Shown here: piece by piece, positions 9,591-19,339 of the stretch
Position numbering within the stretch: the first letter of the stretch is position 1
Layout of the letters: every line of letters starts with the position of its first letter
Source: Puniceicoccales bacterium
Lineage (GTDB): Bacteria; Verrucomicrobiota; Verrucomicrobiia; Opitutales; JAIRLM01
Reading direction: 5' to 3'
NCBI GenBank assembly: GCA_031282685.1
Contig: JAITDG010000050.1
Coordinates: forward strand, 1 to 53,305
DNA length: 53,305 nt
Made by a program: the position numbers and the translations under genes
Notes under the pieces: generated by a model
Told to the model about the DNA's origin: nothing
The model's database searches: none
What the model saw: only the letters and a program-made list of their open reading frames with translations

Positions 9591-9620
9591 GCGGAAGGCT
9601 TCTAGGGCGAGGCCTTCCGC
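9591..9620 (+). terminator. Stem-loop immediately after the stop of the 1039-aa ORF (no clear U-tract)
   Basis: GCGGAAGGC (9591-9599) pairs perfectly with GCCTTCCGC (9612-9620). The stem can extend by three more pairs around a 6-nt loop. It is followed by CAAAAACATTTT rather than a T-run. Confidence 0.35.
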
Positions 9621-9662
9621 CAAAAACATTTTGGCCCAAAGGAATTCCCCGATCGGATTTTT

Positions 9663-11087
9663 TTGGGCTTGCCCCGCCGTCGACGGGGCAGTGACCATGG
9701 GGCCGTGGGAGAGCGGTTCTGCATTGCGCTGGTGGGAAGGCCCAATGTGGGCAAGAGTAGACTTTTCAATCGCCTAACCCACAGCCGCCGTTCGATTGTC
9801 CACGGCCGGCCGGGCGTAACCAGGGACGTGCTGTCGGCGGATCTGCCCAACGGCGCGACGCTTCTGGATACGGGCGGGCTAGGACTGGTGGGCGGAGAGA
9901 CGCCGGCGGAGCTGGTGGCGGCCGTGGAGAGGCAGGTGGAGTTTGCACTCGCCCTGGCGGACCTGATCATTTTCGTGCTGGACGGCCGCGAAGGACTCTT
10001 GCCCCAGGATCTGGAAATCGCGGAACGGCTCCGGCGGACTGGGAAGCGGGTTATTTCGGCCGTAAATAAAATCGACGGACCGGGCCAGGAGAGTGCTCTC
10101 GGCGAGTGTGCCGCACTGGGCTTTGCCGAGGAGCCCTTCGCCATCTCCGCCGAGCACAACCTCGGCATCGAAGTGCTGGAGGCCCGCATCTACCGGGATT
10201 TGCCCCCGGCGGAAGAGCGGCAAAAGGAAAAAATTCAGCCCCTCACCATTGCGCTCCTGGGGGCGCCGAACGTGGGCAAGTCCTCCATCGCCAATGCGCT
10301 GCTCGGCGCAGAGCGCATGATTGTCAGTCCCATCGCCGGCACGACCCGGGATACGGTCCCGGGCGATTTTTCCTTCGCGAGCGATGGCCAATCACAGCCC
10401 ATGCGGCTACTGGACACGGCGGGACTGCGGGCGGATAAAAAAATTTCTTCGCCGGTAGAATATTTCGCCGCCCTCCGTTCTCGGGGAGCACTGGCCGACG
10501 CGGACGTTGTTTTTTTGGTGCTGGACGCGGCCCGGGGACTCACGGCCTTCGACAAGGCGATCTCCGCGGAGGTGCGGGAGGCGGGCAAGTGCTTTGCCGT
10601 AGCGGTGAACAAGTGGGATTTGGCCCTCGATGCCCTGCGGCGCGATGCCCTTCCGGCCTACGAGGACGCCAGCCACTTTCGGCAGGAATTCGTCGCCGCC
10701 CTCCGCCGGGAGCTCTACGGCTGGCCCGAGCTGCCCCTGCTCTTCATTTCCGCGGCCACCGGCGATAGAGTTCGGGAAATTTGCTCCTGCGCGCTGGACC
10801 TGCGCCGGCGGGATAGCCAGCGGATCGCCACCGGTCCACTAAATCGGTTCCTGGGAGAGTTCTGCGAAAAAGGTCTGCCGGCCGCCGGGGGGGGGAAGCC
10901 CTTCAAACTTTTCTATGCCCTCCAGACCGCCTTCGCGCCGGTGACTATCCGACTCTATTGCAACGACAAACGACGACTAGGCTCCGCTCAGCTGGCCAAT
11001 TTGCGGCGGAAACTCACGGAGCAATTTTCCCTGGGCGGTTGCCCTCTACGGCTGGACTTCGTCTGCAAAGAGCGGCGGGGCAAATAA
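9663..11087 (+). CDS. der: Ribosome-associated GTPase Der/EngA (likely true start is the GTG at 9705)
   Basis: Two tandem GTPase domains: 'GRPNVGKS...DTGG...NKID' and 'GAPNVGKSS...DTAG...NKWD'. A KH-like tail follows. Confidence 0.9.
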   Translation: MGLPRRRRGSDHGAVGERFCIALVGRPNVGKSRLFNRLTHSRRSIVHGRPGVTRDVLSADLPNGATLLDTGGLGLVGGETPAELVAAVERQVEFALALADLIIFVLDGREGLLPQDLEIAERLRRTGKRVISAVNKIDGPGQESALGECAALGFAEEPFAISAEHNLGIEVLEARIYRDLPPAEERQKEKIQPLTIALLGAPNVGKSSIANALLGAERMIVSPIAGTTRDTVPGDFSFASDGQSQPMRLLDTAGLRADKKISSPVEYFAALRSRGALADADVVFLVLDAARGLTAFDKAISAEVREAGKCFAVAVNKWDLALDALRRDALPAYEDASHFRQEFVAALRRELYGWPELPLLFISAATGDRVREICSCALDLRRRDSQRIATGPLNRFLGEFCEKGLPAAGGGKPFKLFYALQTAFAPVTIRLYCNDKRRLGSAQLANLRRKLTEQFSLGGCPLRLDFVCKERRGK

Positions 11088-11225
11088 TTTTTTTCTTGGA
11101 GGCAAGATCCCATGGTCAAGAACATTAAAGATGATTGCCAAAGGCAAAATTTTGCGCCAGGGCAAAAATGCGTTTGAATTGCCTATGGGGGATTCATTCT
11201 GTCCACCGAAGAATAAGGTTATACT

Positions 11226-11918
11226 ATGGCTGAACTAACAGATGAACAAAAGGCGATGCTGGAAGAAATCGCCGAGAAGGTGGCCGAAGAGGTCACAAAG
11301 GGGGAGGGCGAGGAGTCGTCACTTGAGAGTCCAGAGGCACGTAAGGAGCGGCGCAAGCACGAGATCCTTAATGTTCTCAAGGAGGGCGAGATCATCGCCA
11401 TGGAGGGTGTGGAATTTTTCCTGGCGCGGGACGAAGAAGACCAGGCGAAAGCCATCTTCGGAAAAGTCCGCGACGCTCTGCCCAAGCTGATGAAGTCGCC
11501 AGCGGACAAGCAATCGCTGAAAGGTGTTTTGAATCAAGAAGATTACACCGTTCTCAATGGGATCGCAATGAAGGCCTACGAGGAGAAGGAGTACAAATCC
11601 GCGAGCGCCATGTTCTCCGTTATCGTGCGGCTCTTCATCGAAGAGATTCAAATCCAACCATTTATCATGTTGGCCCTCTGCGAGTGGCAACTGAATGGCA
11701 TCGAGGCGGCGACGAAAGTCTACGAACTCTATCTCCAAATGTTCGAAGATCCGCTGCTCTGTTACTATGCCGCCGACTGCTTCGTTAAGGCCGGTCGCAA
11801 CCCGGAAGCGCGCAATGCTATCGAGCGGGGATTGCAGCTCATCGACGCCGGCAAGGTGCTGGAGGGCCGCGAGGAACTCGAGAGGGAAATGGCGAAACTG
11901 CAAGAGGCGGTAAAGTAG
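11226..11918 (+). CDS. Type III secretion class II (translocator) chaperone, LcrH/SycD/Scc2-3-like TPR protein with an acidic N-terminal extension
   Basis: The C-terminal ~130 aa align by eye with Yersinia LcrH. Matching segments are 'IAMKAYEEKEYKSASAMFSVIV', 'LALCEWQLNGIEAATKVYELY' and 'PLLCYYAADCFVKAGRNPEARNAIERGLQLI'. Confidence 0.55.
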   Translation: MAELTDEQKAMLEEIAEKVAEEVTKGEGEESSLESPEARKERRKHEILNVLKEGEIIAMEGVEFFLARDEEDQAKAIFGKVRDALPKLMKSPADKQSLKGVLNQEDYTVLNGIAMKAYEEKEYKSASAMFSVIVRLFIEEIQIQPFIMLALCEWQLNGIEAATKVYELYLQMFEDPLLCYYAADCFVKAGRNPEARNAIERGLQLIDAGKVLEGREELEREMAKLQEAVK

Positions 11919-11934
11919 CTTCTCGCGTGTTTGT

Positions 11935-11965
11935 GGGGGTCACTTGGCCCCCGCCGAATTTTTGG
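11935..11965 (+). terminator. Putative intrinsic terminator after the chaperone gene
   Basis: GGGGGTC (11935-11941) pairs with GGCCCCC (11946-11952), including one G-U pair, around a 4-nt loop. A TTTTT run lies 6 nt downstream. Confidence 0.35.
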
Positions 11966-12072
11966 GCTCCTCTGCCCGGGATGGCTAAATCTGCCCTCGG
12001 CCGCGGGTTGCCGGCGTATTTTCCGTACTTTCCCATTGCCACAGTTGGGGTGTCACCTAGGAACTGGGCACC

Positions 12073-13848
12073 GTGGAACGAACGCACTGCTGTGGGGAAT
12101 TGGGAATTGGCGACGGAGGGAAGTCGGTCCGACTGGTGGGCTGGATCCGGGCCCGGCGGGACCACGGCGGGCTATTTTTTCTCGACCTGGGAGATCGGAC
12201 CGGGATCGTTCAGCTGCTCATCGACGTGCAGCGGCATCCGGAGTTGGAATCGCTGTCCGCCCTCCGCTGCGAGTCCGTCATCGGTGTGGAAGGAATTTTG
12301 CGTCTGCGGCCGAAGGAGACGGTAAATGGCCGGCTGGCGACGGGAGAAGTGGAGGTGGCCGTAGAGCGAGCTACCGTCCACAGCACCGCCGATCCACTCC
12401 CCTTTGCCCTGGACGACGGCAGTGCGGAAAAGGTGAACGAAGAAATGCGACTCACCTACCGCTACTTGGACCTGCGGCGGCCCAAATGCTACGGCAGACT
12501 CCTCCGGCGCCACCGGATCGGCGCCGCCACGCGCAGCTATCTCAATGGGAATGATTTTTTAGAAATCGAGCTGCCCACCCTCTTTAAGACTACGCCCGAG
12601 GGTGCCCGCGAGTTCCTCGTGCCGAGCCGAATAAATCGGGGGCAATTCTACGCCCTGGCCCAGTCGCCCCAGCAGTACAAGCAGATGCTGATGGTGGCCG
12701 GTGTGGAGCGCTACTATTCCCTGGCCCGCTGCTTCCGGGACGAGGACCTGCGGGCGGACCGGCAGCCGGAATTTACCCAAATCGATCTGGAAATGTCCTT
12801 CGTCGGCCGGGAGGACATCTACGCCCTCGTCGAGGGACTCATGGCCCACATCTGGAAGGACGTGCTCGGCCGGGAGCTGTCCCTGCCACTCCCCCGCATG
12901 GCCTTCCGGGACGCCATGGACCGCTACGGCAGCGACAAGCCGGACCGCCGGTTTCCTATGGAGCTGGTGGACCTTTCCTCTCTTTTTGCCGGGTCCTCCT
13001 TTGCACTCTTCGCCGGACCGGTGGCGGCCGGTGGAGTGGTTAAAGCTATAAATGGCAAAGGATTAGCTTCACTGAGCCAAGGGGAAATGCGCACACTGGA
13101 GGATGGCGCCCGTGCAATGGGTGCGAAGGGGTTGGCCTACATTAAGGTAGAGAATGGCCAGTGGAAGTCCCCCATCGGAAAATTTTTGACGGAAGAGATG
13201 CGCGTTGCCCTGCAAGAGGCACTCGCGCCGGAGGAGGGGGACCTGATTCTGTTCTCCGCCGGCCCCCGGGAGCAGGCCTGCGCCATCTTGGGTCGCGTGC
13301 GACTGGATTGCGCTGCCTTGCAGAGGGAAAAGGGTCTACTTTCCCTCCCGGAAGATCTCTTCGATCTGTTTTGGGTGGTGGACTTTCCGCTGCTTACCTT
13401 CGACGGAGAGCAGGGCCGTTATGTATCTACCCATCACCCATTTACCGCTCCAATCGAAGAGGACCGGCCCCTGCTCCATTCCGCCCCGGAACGGGTGCGG
13501 GGGCAGCACTATGATCTGGTGATGAACGGCGTAGAGCTGGGCGGCGGCAGCATCCGGATCCATTCTCCCGACCTGCAGCGGGATATTTTTGAGAATCTCC
13601 TGAAAATTCCCGCCGACGCCGTCGAGCGGCTCTTCGGCTACATGGTCCGCGCTTTCCGCTACGGCGTACCGCCCCACGGCGGCATCGCCATCGGCCTGGA
13701 CCGGCTGGCTGCCATGCTCTGCGGAACAAATTCCATCCGGGACGTCATCGCATTTCCGAAGACACAGCGGGGCACGGATTTGATGGTGCAATCGCCTTCT
13801 CCGGCCACGGAAAAGCAGCTGCGGGAGCTGGCTATTTCACTCCGCTAG
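12073..13848 (+). CDS. aspS: Aspartate--tRNA ligase
   Basis: Class II aaRS signatures: 'QSPQQYKQMLM', 'FRDEDLRADRQPEFTQID', 'GGGSIRIH' and 'GIAIGLDRL'. Length 591 aa. Confidence 0.92.
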   Translation: MERTHCCGELGIGDGGKSVRLVGWIRARRDHGGLFFLDLGDRTGIVQLLIDVQRHPELESLSALRCESVIGVEGILRLRPKETVNGRLATGEVEVAVERATVHSTADPLPFALDDGSAEKVNEEMRLTYRYLDLRRPKCYGRLLRRHRIGAATRSYLNGNDFLEIELPTLFKTTPEGAREFLVPSRINRGQFYALAQSPQQYKQMLMVAGVERYYSLARCFRDEDLRADRQPEFTQIDLEMSFVGREDIYALVEGLMAHIWKDVLGRELSLPLPRMAFRDAMDRYGSDKPDRRFPMELVDLSSLFAGSSFALFAGPVAAGGVVKAINGKGLASLSQGEMRTLEDGARAMGAKGLAYIKVENGQWKSPIGKFLTEEMRVALQEALAPEEGDLILFSAGPREQACAILGRVRLDCAALQREKGLLSLPEDLFDLFWVVDFPLLTFDGEQGRYVSTHHPFTAPIEEDRPLLHSAPERVRGQHYDLVMNGVELGGGSIRIHSPDLQRDIFENLLKIPADAVERLFGYMVRAFRYGVPPHGGIAIGLDRLAAMLCGTNSIRDVIAFPKTQRGTDLMVQSPSPATEKQLRELAISLR

Positions 13849-13890
13849 GCCCGGGAAGGATCGACGGCAATTCTTGGGAATCGCAGTTTT

Positions 13891-14733
13891 TTACCAGTGG
13901 AATCTCTGCCTGAGGTACGCTACGCCGGGCCCATCGTCGGCAAGGATGGCCCTGCGCACGAGGGTGTCGCATTTCGCTTTTTTACTGTCATTTCTAGTGC
14001 AAATCCCCCCATGGGTCCCATAGTAGCGGTAGCCGATGTCCGGAAGAACCGCATAGGTTTTTGCTTCCTTCACAAGGAAGTAGAATAGTAGTAGGTCCTC
14101 ATTCCAGGTGATATGATTTTGAGAAGCAAAATCCAATTGGCTGTGTACGACGGCGCGCATCAGTTCGCCGCGCCAGAGCCGTGCCCAAAGGTTCCAATTT
14201 ATTAGTCCATGGGCGAGCAGAGGAAAAATTTCTGCGGCATTTCTGGCCGTCTTCGTCGGTGGCACGTTGAGTAGCCGGCGGGACGGGGACAGCGTTTTAT
14301 TTTTCCTAATTTCTTCCGCATGAAAATAAACAATGTCGGCACCGGTCATTTGCGCTGCGGTGAGGGTTTTTTCGGCGATGTCCGGGGAAAGTTCATCGTC
14401 GGGATCGAGCCAAAGAACGTAATTGCCGGCACTTACGATCGCGGCCCGCGCACGAGAGTAGAGAGTCCCCCGATTTTCCCCATTTTCCAAAACTCTAATG
14501 CGCGGGTCCCTTGCGGCGTAGGATTTCAAAATGGCGAGGGAGCCGTCCGTGGAGCCGTCGTCCACGCAAATGATTTCGATGTCCCTCAAAGTCTGATTGC
14601 AGGCGCTGTCCAGGGCCGCCGGCAGCCAAGGTTCCACGTTGTAGACAGGGATGCAGATGGAGACCTCCGCGGCAAAGGCCAATCCCCAAAAGCAATGGAG
14701 CGCTAGCACGATCAGTGGAAACTTGCTAAACAC
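13891..14733 (-). CDS. Family 2 glycosyltransferase with N-terminal membrane anchor
   Basis: 'ICIPVYNVEPWLPAALDSACNQTLRDIEIICVDDGSTDGS' and 'WLDPDDEL' (DxD). It is a paralogue of the N-terminal domain of the gene at 29629-31935. Confidence 0.8.
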   Translation of the reverse strand: MFSKFPLIVLALHCFWGLAFAAEVSICIPVYNVEPWLPAALDSACNQTLRDIEIICVDDGSTDGSLAILKSYAARDPRIRVLENGENRGTLYSRARAAIVSAGNYVLWLDPDDELSPDIAEKTLTAAQMTGADIVYFHAEEIRKNKTLSPSRRLLNVPPTKTARNAAEIFPLLAHGLINWNLWARLWRGELMRAVVHSQLDFASQNHITWNEDLLLFYFLVKEAKTYAVLPDIGYRYYGTHGGICTRNDSKKAKCDTLVRRAILADDGPGVAYLRQRFHW

Positions 14734-14856
14734 GGTCGGCGAATTTTATCGTTCACTGGAGCTGGGGCAAGGAAAAAAAGTTTGGACCGACCGGCCATTT
14801 CTCCCCGCCGTCGGAGCGGAAAAAGCCCTTGACTACCCGGAAGGCAGCTCCAGAGG

Positions 14857-16617
14857 ATGCGGGCCGTTCGGAAATTGATGCAGAACTTTGCAGAACAGAG
14901 TCGGGACATCGCTGAGCACATCGCCAGCCGGTGGCTAGAGCAGATCGGAGAAGATGGCCACGTTCGAGAGCGGGGGCATGCCGACCCCTCGAAGGACCTC
15001 CAGCCGGGCAGAGTGGCTCACGCTCTGGCCCTTTGCGCCGCAATTGGCCGGCCGGGCACTCCCCAGGGCCCCCTCGTGGACGCCGCGGCTCGCTGCATTG
15101 CCGGGCAGTTTTTTCACCACTGCCGGCCCGATTGCTTGGCCGGCTGCGCCCACGGCGCACTCGCCCTGATGATTTTGGGAGTCAACAGCGCCCACAACGG
15201 CTGCTGGGCCCAGTTCCCCGAGTCCATCCGCGAGACCATAGGCCGCTGGATGCGGAGTCGGGCGGACGTTCCCCTTGCGCTGCGGCCCTATGAGATCGTG
15301 CGAGCGACGGTGGCGGCCGGCATGGGCTTCGTTTCGTCGGACAGTTCCGAGAAGCTTATTGGCGAATTTTTCCGTGAACTGCTGGCCTCTCCGACGGGCG
15401 GGTTCCTAGACACCGCCGAGCCGAATTCCACCCCGGGCCGCTACGACGCCTCCGGCCTATTCCGCCTACTTCTCCTTCGGGAAACGCTGCAGCGCCACGC
15501 CAACGCCAACGTGCGCGAGCGACGGCTGCCGGCCCTCCGCTCCTGCATGATGCACTACCTGCGCATGGCGCCGTTCCTCCTGCAGGGGGACGGCAGCGGC
15601 TGGACCTACGGCGACCCGGCCGGCTGCCTGGGCACGGTGGGCAATTGCACGGCGATCGTCTGCGCCCTGGCGGACGGCTGGCTGGACGGTGACCAGCGGG
15701 AGCGGTACGTCGCCCTCCTGTGCCGCTATTTTCAAAATTTTTTCTTCCGCCACTTAGACCGGGAGAGCGGCGACCTGCTTTGGGAGGAGGGCGGAGAAAT
15801 TCCGTCGGGCTTCGGCCGAGCGGAAACGGCGTTTGCGATTGTTCGACAACTGGCTCTCTGGTATTCCTTTGGGAAGAATGTAAAAGATCCTTTTCCGGGA
15901 CCGGCGGTTGCACAGATCGCCTCGGGCGGGAGGTACTTTTCCTTCTCGAGCGGCGGCAAGTGGGACCACGGCCTGATGGTTTACGGCGATGGCGAAAGCG
16001 GCCTTTCCTTCCAATTGCCGCTAGTGTCGCCGCCCCGGACGGTCCCGACCTTGTCCAGCGCCGCCTTTCCCCGCTGTTCCGGGATCGTTCGCGCGGTCGG
16101 GGACCTCCCCCCTCTCCTGCCGATTTTGACAATGGAGGGAAAATCCATAGCCCCCTCATTTGGCGGAAAATCCATCGCCACGAGTTTGGGGATTTCCAAG
16201 GAATTCCAGTTCCGCTACGAGCAGCCGGATTTATTCGCGCTGGACGGGGAAGCAGTGCCTGGACTCGCTTCCTGCAAGGTGCAGTGGAACTTCCAAGGGA
16301 ACAGGATCCGGACGGAGTTCAACTGCACGCCTAAAAAAGTTGTCCGCCTGGAGCGCTTCTACTTCGCCGTCCCCGCCCCCCGCCGGCGGGAAACGTGCCC
16401 GTCGCCCGCTCCGCTGTGGCTTGGCGAGGGCGGCTGGAATCCGCGGATTTTACAGGACGACTTCTGCGGTGACTGGCAGCCGCAGCATCCCGGCGCCCAG
16501 AGTGAAGAGGATCGGCCGCTCTGCTATGTGCGCCTGCTGCCGATCCTTCTGCAGCCCGGCCGCAGCTACCGCTTTGCCATTTCCTTCGAGCTGGATATCG
16601 TTCGGGAAATGCCATGA
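14857..16617 (+). CDS. Hypothetical protein (586 aa), function unknown
   Basis: Long ORF with backbone-like composition. Its stop overlaps the gltX start (ATGA at 16614-16617). No motif recognised. Confidence 0.65.
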   Translation: MRAVRKLMQNFAEQSRDIAEHIASRWLEQIGEDGHVRERGHADPSKDLQPGRVAHALALCAAIGRPGTPQGPLVDAAARCIAGQFFHHCRPDCLAGCAHGALALMILGVNSAHNGCWAQFPESIRETIGRWMRSRADVPLALRPYEIVRATVAAGMGFVSSDSSEKLIGEFFRELLASPTGGFLDTAEPNSTPGRYDASGLFRLLLLRETLQRHANANVRERRLPALRSCMMHYLRMAPFLLQGDGSGWTYGDPAGCLGTVGNCTAIVCALADGWLDGDQRERYVALLCRYFQNFFFRHLDRESGDLLWEEGGEIPSGFGRAETAFAIVRQLALWYSFGKNVKDPFPGPAVAQIASGGRYFSFSSGGKWDHGLMVYGDGESGLSFQLPLVSPPRTVPTLSSAAFPRCSGIVRAVGDLPPLLPILTMEGKSIAPSFGGKSIATSLGISKEFQFRYEQPDLFALDGEAVPGLASCKVQWNFQGNRIRTEFNCTPKKVVRLERFYFAVPAPRRRETCPSPAPLWLGEGGWNPRILQDDFCGDWQPQHPGAQSEEDRPLCYVRLLPILLQPGRSYRFAISFELDIVREMP

Positions 16618-17918
16618 GCGCGTTGCTTTCGAATTCTGCCCCGCGAGTGCGTTTTGCCCCCAGTCCGACCGGGTTTTTTCACATCGGCAGTGCCCGCACG
16701 GCCCTCTTCAACTGGCTTTACGCCCGCCACCGGGGCGGCACGTTCGTGCTGCGCATCGAAGATACGGATCGGCAGCGGGATACGGACGAGTATCTCCAGG
16801 TCCTGCTCGAAGGCCTGCGCTGGCTGGGCCTGGACTGGGACGAGGGGCCGACCGTTGGGGGACCCTACGAACCCTACTTCCAGAGCAAGAGAGGGCAGAT
16901 TTATGGCGAATACTTGCAAAAATTGCGCTCCGCCGGCCGCGCCTACGATAGAGAGGGCGCCGTCTGGTTCCGCGTTTCCGGTGAGCCGGCGACCATCGAG
17001 GACCAAATTCGGGGCAGGGTCCAGCGGCTCGAGGAGAAAGATTTCGTAATCGTGCGCTCCGATGGCTCCCCAGTCTTCCATTTCGTGAACGTGGTGGACG
17101 ACATCGCGATGGACATTACTCACGTGATCCGGGGGGAGGACCATCTCTCTAACAGCAGTAAGCACGTGGAACTCTTTCGGGCCTTTGGCCGAATTCCGCC
17201 CGTCTACGCGCATATCCCGCTCATACTGAAGACGAACGGCCCCGGTAAAATGAGCAAGCGGGACAGCGGTGCCCTGGTCGAGGAGTACCGGCGGCGCCAC
17301 TACCTGCCCGAAGCACTCCGCAACTACCTCTGCCTCCTCGGCTGGTCCCCAAAAAATGACCGAGAAATTCTACCCATCGAGGAGATTATCGCCCTCTTCG
17401 ACCTGCCCGCCATCAACAAAAACAATGCCCGCTTCGATGAAAAAAAGCTAGCCCACATGAACGGTGAATACGTGCGAGCTCTTCCGGCGGCGGAATTTTA
17501 CAGCCGAGCCCTGCCGATACTGCGGGAGGCCGATCTGCTGGAGGGGAACCCGACGGACGGCTACGTCCGATCCGTGCTGGCCCTGTGCCAGGAAAAATTG
17601 CGCGGCCTGGAGGAATTGCCCCACTTCTGCGCCTACTTTTTTCGCGAACCGACCTTCCCGGACGGGGAAACTTCGACCGCTCCCGTGGTGGAATTTTTGA
17701 CGCTGGTCACCGACTGGGACGGCCCATGGACGGCGGATGGCCTAGAACGGGCGCTGAAATCTTTCGCCGAAGGGGCGGGACGGAAAGTCAGCGAGTACAT
17801 CCACTCCGTGCGCTATGCCGTTTCGGGGGAAACAGTTGGTCCGGGATTCTACGGCATGCTGGCGGTCATCGGCCGGGATCGGGTGCGGGATCGGCTGGCG
17901 CACTTTCTCCGGCCCTAG
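16614..17918 (+). CDS. gltX: Glutamate--tRNA ligase
   Basis: Class I signatures '[10 protein letters not shown]' (HIGH) and 'KMSKR', plus '[10 protein letters not shown]'. Confidence 0.92.
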   Translation: MSALLSNSAPRVRFAPSPTGFFHIGSARTALFNWLYARHRGGTFVLRIEDTDRQRDTDEYLQVLLEGLRWLGLDWDEGPTVGGPYEPYFQSKRGQIYGEYLQKLRSAGRAYDREGAVWFRVSGEPATIEDQIRGRVQRLEEKDFVIVRSDGSPVFHFVNVVDDIAMDITHVIRGEDHLSNSSKHVELFRAFGRIPPVYAHIPLILKTNGPGKMSKRDSGALVEEYRRRHYLPEALRNYLCLLGWSPKNDREILPIEEIIALFDLPAINKNNARFDEKKLAHMNGEYVRALPAAEFYSRALPILREADLLEGNPTDGYVRSVLALCQEKLRGLEELPHFCAYFFREPTFPDGETSTAPVVEFLTLVTDWDGPWTADGLERALKSFAEGAGRKVSEYIHSVRYAVSGETVGPGFYGMLAVIGRDRVRDRLAHFLRP

Positions 17919-17978
17919 CCGGCCGGGAGTGCGGAGTTTTTCGCTGCATTTCTTTCTTTTTTTTGCGCATTCGTTCCC

Positions 17979-19088
17979 ATGGCGGAGACATTTTTCGAAA
18001 AACAGGACGGCCTGCCGTGGTCGAATTTTTGGGAATCCGTGCTGTCCGTTCTGCGGGACGGTCTGGCCGTCGTCGACGGCCATGGGGCGGTGCTCTACGT
18101 AAATCGGCGGGCCAGAGAACTAATGGGCATCCCGGACGGCGAAGAGCCGCCGCTCCTGCTGCGCCGCTATGCGCCGGAGATCTACTTCCACAGCCGGGAC
18201 AGCCTCGATTCTCCTGGCCAACAGCTCTTTGAAGTGTCCGTAACCTACCCGGAGCGGCGCCTGCTGCGGGTCAGCCGCTTCCCGCTGGCCCGGAGGGAGG
18301 GCCTCGCCCTTAGTGCCCTCGTCCTTGCGGACCGCACCGCCGAGGAGGAATTGGGGGAGTTGCGGCGGGAGGAGGACGCCTGCGTCACCGCCGGACTGCT
18401 GGCCGGCGCTCTAGCCCACGAACTGGGTAACCCGCTCAATGGCATACAGATTCACCTGCAACTGCTGCTGCGTCAATTGCGGTCCACGGCGGGATCGGCG
18501 GCGCTCCAGAGGACGGTGGAAGTTTGTCGGGATGAAGTGGATCGCCTGTGCCGAATGATCGGCAATTTCCTCGGTTCTATCCGGCCAACCAAGCCAGTTC
18601 TGCGGCGCATCGATCTCAACGGACCCTTGCGGGATTGTCTTCCGCCGCTAGCGATGGAGTTGGAACGGCGCAACGGCACCGTGGGGGAAGAGTTTTCCGC
18701 CGAGCCGCTCCTAGTCCTCGGCGACCCGGAGCAGCTCCGACAGGTTTTTGAAAACTTACTGCGCAATGGCTTGGACGCGCTGGAGGGATCAGGCCGGATA
18801 GTCGTCCGCAGTGCCGACGAGGGAGCCTTCGCTCGAGTGGAAGTGGAGGACGACGGCGTAGGCATCGACCCATCCGCCCTGCCGAATCTGTTTCGCCCCC
18901 AGTGGACCACAAAGCAGGACGGAAACGGCTTCGGCCTCCTGGTCGTCCGCAGCATCCTTCGCGCTCACAGAGCCACCATCGCCTTTCAGAGCCTGAACCC
19001 GCACGGAACCCGGGTAACTCTCCGCTTTCCTCTAGAAAACCCCAAATTTCCCATGCTGGCCGGAACAGCCGACCAACAAATCACATAG
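17979..19088 (+). CDS. Cytoplasmic PAS-domain sensor histidine kinase (NtrB/AtoS-like) with no adjacent response regulator
   Basis: H-box 'LAHELGNPLNGI', N-box 'NLLRNGLDAL', G1 'VEDDGVGI' and G2 'GNGFGLLVV'. No TM segment. Confidence 0.85.
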   Translation: MAETFFEKQDGLPWSNFWESVLSVLRDGLAVVDGHGAVLYVNRRARELMGIPDGEEPPLLLRRYAPEIYFHSRDSLDSPGQQLFEVSVTYPERRLLRVSRFPLARREGLALSALVLADRTAEEELGELRREEDACVTAGLLAGALAHELGNPLNGIQIHLQLLLRQLRSTAGSAALQRTVEVCRDEVDRLCRMIGNFLGSIRPTKPVLRRIDLNGPLRDCLPPLAMELERRNGTVGEEFSAEPLLVLGDPEQLRQVFENLLRNGLDALEGSGRIVVRSADEGAFARVEVEDDGVGIDPSALPNLFRPQWTTKQDGNGFGLLVVRSILRAHRATIAFQSLNPHGTRVTLRFPLENPKFPMLAGTADQQIT

Positions 19089-19108
19089 GGCAATTCATCC
19101 GGGCCTAA

Positions 19109-19210
19109 TCAGGATCCCCAGGTGCGCTTCTTGTGGCGAATGAGACGAGACCTCTTGCGGCGCTTATGTTTGTTCATCTTCAACCGCCGCTGCTTTTTCA
19201 AATTTCCCAT
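19109..19210 (-). CDS. Small, highly basic protein resembling ribosomal protein bS22 (33 aa; absent from the ORF track)
   Basis: Manual translation of the minus strand gives [33 protein letters not shown]. This resembles the 'KKRRKRMxKKKHRKLL' pattern of bS22-type peptides. Confidence 0.5.
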   Translation of the reverse strand: MGNLKKQRRLKMNKHKRRKRSRLIRHKKRTWGS

Positions 19211-19339
19211 GGACGTGAACCTAATGCGTTACCAACTGACCCAACCTCTGGGGCAAAAGTGGGAAGTAAAGCTTTTTCCCCCATTTCCCGGCTCTTTTTT
19301 TACCGCGACTCCCCGACCGGCACTTTCCTAGCGCGGCCA

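Noticed and set aside
11113-11178. A 21-codon ORF (MVKNIKDDCQRQNFAPGQKCV) with a GGAGG 9 nt upstream, between der and the chaperone gene.
   Set aside because: It is very short, resembles nothing I recognise and has no supporting context. It cannot be told apart from a chance ORF without conservation or ribosome-profiling data.
16160-17300. A 263-aa plus-strand ORF (16160-16951) and a 244-aa minus-strand ORF (16566-17300) across the junction of the hypothetical gene and gltX.
   Set aside because: They are off-frame or antisense to a GluRS gene with HIGH and KMSKS motifs, and they have Arg/Pro/Gly-rich shadow composition.
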